The position numbers and the translations under genes were made by a program. A stretch of 64,000 nucleotides of DNA from Octopus sinensis (Eukaryota), in NCBI RefSeq assembly GCF_006345805.1, contig NC_042999.1:54932001-54996000 (forward strand). The letters run 5' to 3'. This document shows, one piece after another, positions 60,800 to 64,000 of this stretch (position 1 is the first letter of the stretch; the number at the start of each line of letters is the position of its first letter). Below the pieces are notes generated by a model. That model worked only from the letters and a program-made list of their open reading frames with translations. It did no database searches and had not been told where the DNA came from.

Positions 60800-61755
60800 T
60801 GATGACCTGGTTAGCATTCAAGGGATGATTCTCCCCAAGAACATAGTTGCCAAAATAATTACCTCTGTTAATAAAAGGGGGCTCCGTCTCAAAGTAAAGG
60901 GGTAAACTGTTCAAGGTTTGTGCAGGTGTGATTGCAGCATGGTAGCTAGACTTGGGCCCTGGATGTGAATGGTTCGTAAGGGTTGGAAAGAAATGAAAGG
61001 AATATGATACCATGCTCCACTATTAGATGGTGAGATGTGTGAAGGATGGAAAACAAATGAGACAAGAGAAAAATGGACAGAAGAAGAAGAAGAATTAAAT
61101 GGAGTTAAAGAGAGAAGACTATAGTGCAGTGGTTCCCAACCTGAGGTCCGTGGACCCCTGGTGGTCCACAAAGATAGTACTGGAGTCCATAAACTAAATT
61201 CAAAATTTCGGACTAGCCCCCGTGCCAGTGGCACTTAAAAAGCACTATCTGAACATGATCGATGCCAGGCCTGCCTGACTGGCTCCTGTGCCAATGGCAC
61301 ATAAAAAGCACTATCCAAATGTGGTTGATGCCAGGCTCGCTTGACTGGCTCCTGTGCTGGTGGCACGTAAAGAACATCCACTACACTCTCAGAGTGGTTG
61401 GCATTAGAAAGGGCATTCAGCTGTAGAAACATTGCTGGATCAGATTGGAGCCTGGTGCAGCTGGTAGTTCTGCAGACCTCAGTCAAACCATCCAACCCAT
61501 GCCAGCATGGAAAACGGACGTTAAACAATGATGATGATATACACACACACACATACACAACATACACACACACATAAGGATGGGCATATTAAAAGGGGTT
61601 TCGTGGGAAAACTCATTTAAATAGAAGGGTTGGGAACCACTGCTACAGTGGTATGACCATGTGATGTGTATGGCAGATGACAGTTGTATAACAATGTGGT
61701 AAGTGCTCTGAGTGAAAGAAACGTGCAGGAGACCCAGGAAGGAATGGGATGAAGG
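60800..61755 (+). mobile_element. Old RTE ORF2 remnant split by a hAT MITE
   Basis: KGLRLKVKGKLF...; GVKERRL | QWYDHVMCM...RPRKEWDE rejoins across the MITE. Confidence 0.55.
61127..61642. mobile_element. hAT (Charlie-type) MITE interrupted by an RTE tail
   Basis: 15-bp TIR CAGTGGTTCCCAACC/GGTTGGGAACCACTG; 8-bp TSD CTATAGTG/CTACAGTG. Confidence 0.8.
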
Positions 61756-64000
61756 AGTAATCATTCCAAAGGAAATGATAAGGGACCATATCTTGCTGAA
61801 AAGGAACCATTCAAATAATGCAAGAATTAAAAAAATAGATGTAAAAATGGTGACAGGAAATAAGATTAAAATATTAACATTTGGGTCTCCCTTGACCCTT
61901 ATTCTTATATAATACTGGTCTCCTACTCTCTTCATTACTCTCTCACTCCATTAACATCTTCATCACCATTGTCATTTAATGTCTGCTTTCCATGGGATGG
62001 ATGGTTTGACTGAGGGCTGGCAAGCCAGAAGGCTGCACCAGGCTCCAATCCAATCTGGCAACGTTTCTACAGCTGGATGCCCTTCCTAACACCAACCACT
62101 CTGAGAGTGTAGTGGGTGCTTTTTACATGCCACCAGCATGAGGGCCAGTCAGCCGGTACTGGCAACGACCACGCTCAAATGGTGCTTTTTACGTGCCACC
62201 AGCATCGGCCATGACAATGACTTCACTTGCCTCAACAGGTCTTCACAAGCACCCCCCCCCCTTTTCTCTCTCCCTTCATGCTACCTGTATAACAAGGGAT
62301 GATATCATACTGGATTTATCCACGAGCAATCCCACTTCTTTCCTCCTGGTTATCTCTCTCTCTTTCCCACTACTCCCTTTATCACACCTCCCCACCATCT
62401 CTTTCTCCCCCATCGTTTTCCCATCTCCAGTTCTCCCTGTTCTGTCACCATGTCTCTTCTATTACTCATTCTTGACCACCCCCACCCACCCATCACACAG
62501 TTCATGCATGCTGTTTCTATTCAATTTCCTTACCAACAATCATCATGTAGCTGTCAATCACAGATTTTCTCTCTCTCTCTCTTTACTTTTTTCTCTATCA
62601 CATAATTGCTCAGGTTCTCTCTCTCTTTCTCTCAGAGATGAGACAACACTAGTGCAGGTGAATGAGCAAATACAGCATAGGATAAAGAGGGCAACCAGTA
62701 ACAAGGGTTACACTCAAAGTTAAACATACAATCAATTTATGGCCTTCTGACCCATCTGGGGTTGAGAAGTAATTCCACATAAAATGGACCTCAGCCATAA
62801 AATGATCTTATACATCCTTAGCTAATTAGTTTACTACTTTTTCACTAAATACCCTACATGGACAATATGTCAAACCTCTTACCTATCTGTTTTAACTTTG
62901 GTCAATCCTTGATGTAAGAAAAGGTCTTTGATCTGCCAGCAATCCACAGATGCTTTTGTTCCCATCCCTCGAAGAAATTATGTAAAGTCAATATTATGAC
63001 TGACATCCACACTACACAAGCAATATATATATATATATATTACATATATGTATGTTATTTATTTAAAGGTCACAATACATGTATTTAAGCACTACTAATA
63101 GTTTCATATGTTGAGAAATACTCAAACATATTCATCAGGCACAAACCACATATCATAGTTCGTTATGATATGTGGTTTGTACTTGAAGAATTTAAATGAG
63201 TATTTCTCAACATATGAAACTATTAACAGTGATTTAATACATGTATTGTGGCCTTTAAATAAATATTTATCTCTCAACAGATGGAGTACTTTTTTTATTG
63301 AGTTTTTTATCATGGAACAGTACATTTCATATATATATATATGCGAATTAAAAGCAGTTCTCATGTGATAAATATTGTCGAGTACATATACTAACACATA
63401 TGCTTTATGGGCATACCAGTTCATGATTTTAAAAGCCATGAGCATATAAGTCAGACTGGCTAGCTGACTCACCTTCAACCCAGGCAGGTAGGTGGTGTTG
63501 ATAAGCCACAAAAATGGCAAAACATCGATGTCTATCACTCCTAAATGGGATTCAAGGTGAATTATCTCACCTGTCCATGGCTCTAAGGTGTTTTAACACT
63601 GGCGACATGAGTTATATATTCCACTACGCCATTGCAGCCACCGGAAAATACACAAAGCATATACATTAGTATATGTATTTAACTATATATATATATATTG
63701 CTTGTGTGTGTGTGCATTTGAATTCTGTGAAAACTGTTCTTGCTCTCTGCATGTACTAACCAACTCTTCATTGGCCTGTTGTATGCACCTTCTGTGGTTG
63801 GTAAAGGTAAAACATTTAAAATCAAGAGGAAAATGAAGAAACAGAAAATGGCAAAAACAACACCAAGTCCTGAACTTCATGGAGGTAATTATGAGTGAGA
63901 CGCTCTTGTAAAGAACGGTTGAGAATGTTCCTTAATGGATTGGCTAATAATGTCCAGAACTAAAAGACAGAATTTTCAATGAATGAATTATTTACCAAGT

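Noticed and set aside
63473-63540. Possible minus-strand exon (AG...GAAG|GTGAGT)
   Set aside because: Good donor but no recognisable product or partner exons; could be chance.

Overview
AT-rich, intron- and repeat-dominated animal genomic DNA. The repeat families and microsatellite load look like a coleoid cephalopod, most likely Octopus; this is an inference, not a database result. The window holds the middle and 3' part of one + strand gene, a MEGF6-like multiple-EGF-domain protein. I reconstructed 14 in-frame exons between 1967 and 47440 (2313 nt, 771 codons, all AG/GT bounded), most of them 129-nt phase 1-1 modules encoding one 43-aa Cys-rich repeat. The start lies upstream of the window and the terminal exon is uncertain. 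The introns carry tRNA-headed SINEs, RTE 3'-end fragments, three R4/Dong-like RLE LINE remnants, CR1-like and RTE LINE remnants, pogo and mariner remnants, piggyBac- and hAT-type MITEs, a Helitron and many microsatellites. The main unexplained signal is a set of at least four unrelated repeat families carrying minimal type-I hammerhead ribozyme motifs of the kind known from Penelope-like elements. One family is a tRNA-headed SINE, several motifs occur as divergent inverted pairs, and some are sense to the pre-mRNA. Other highlights are a pre-miRNA-like hairpin at 47960-48056, very long (48 bp and about 190 bp) target-site-like duplications around RTE tails, and a conserved 555-bp element always embedded in (TAA)n arrays. 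No database search or folding program was run.
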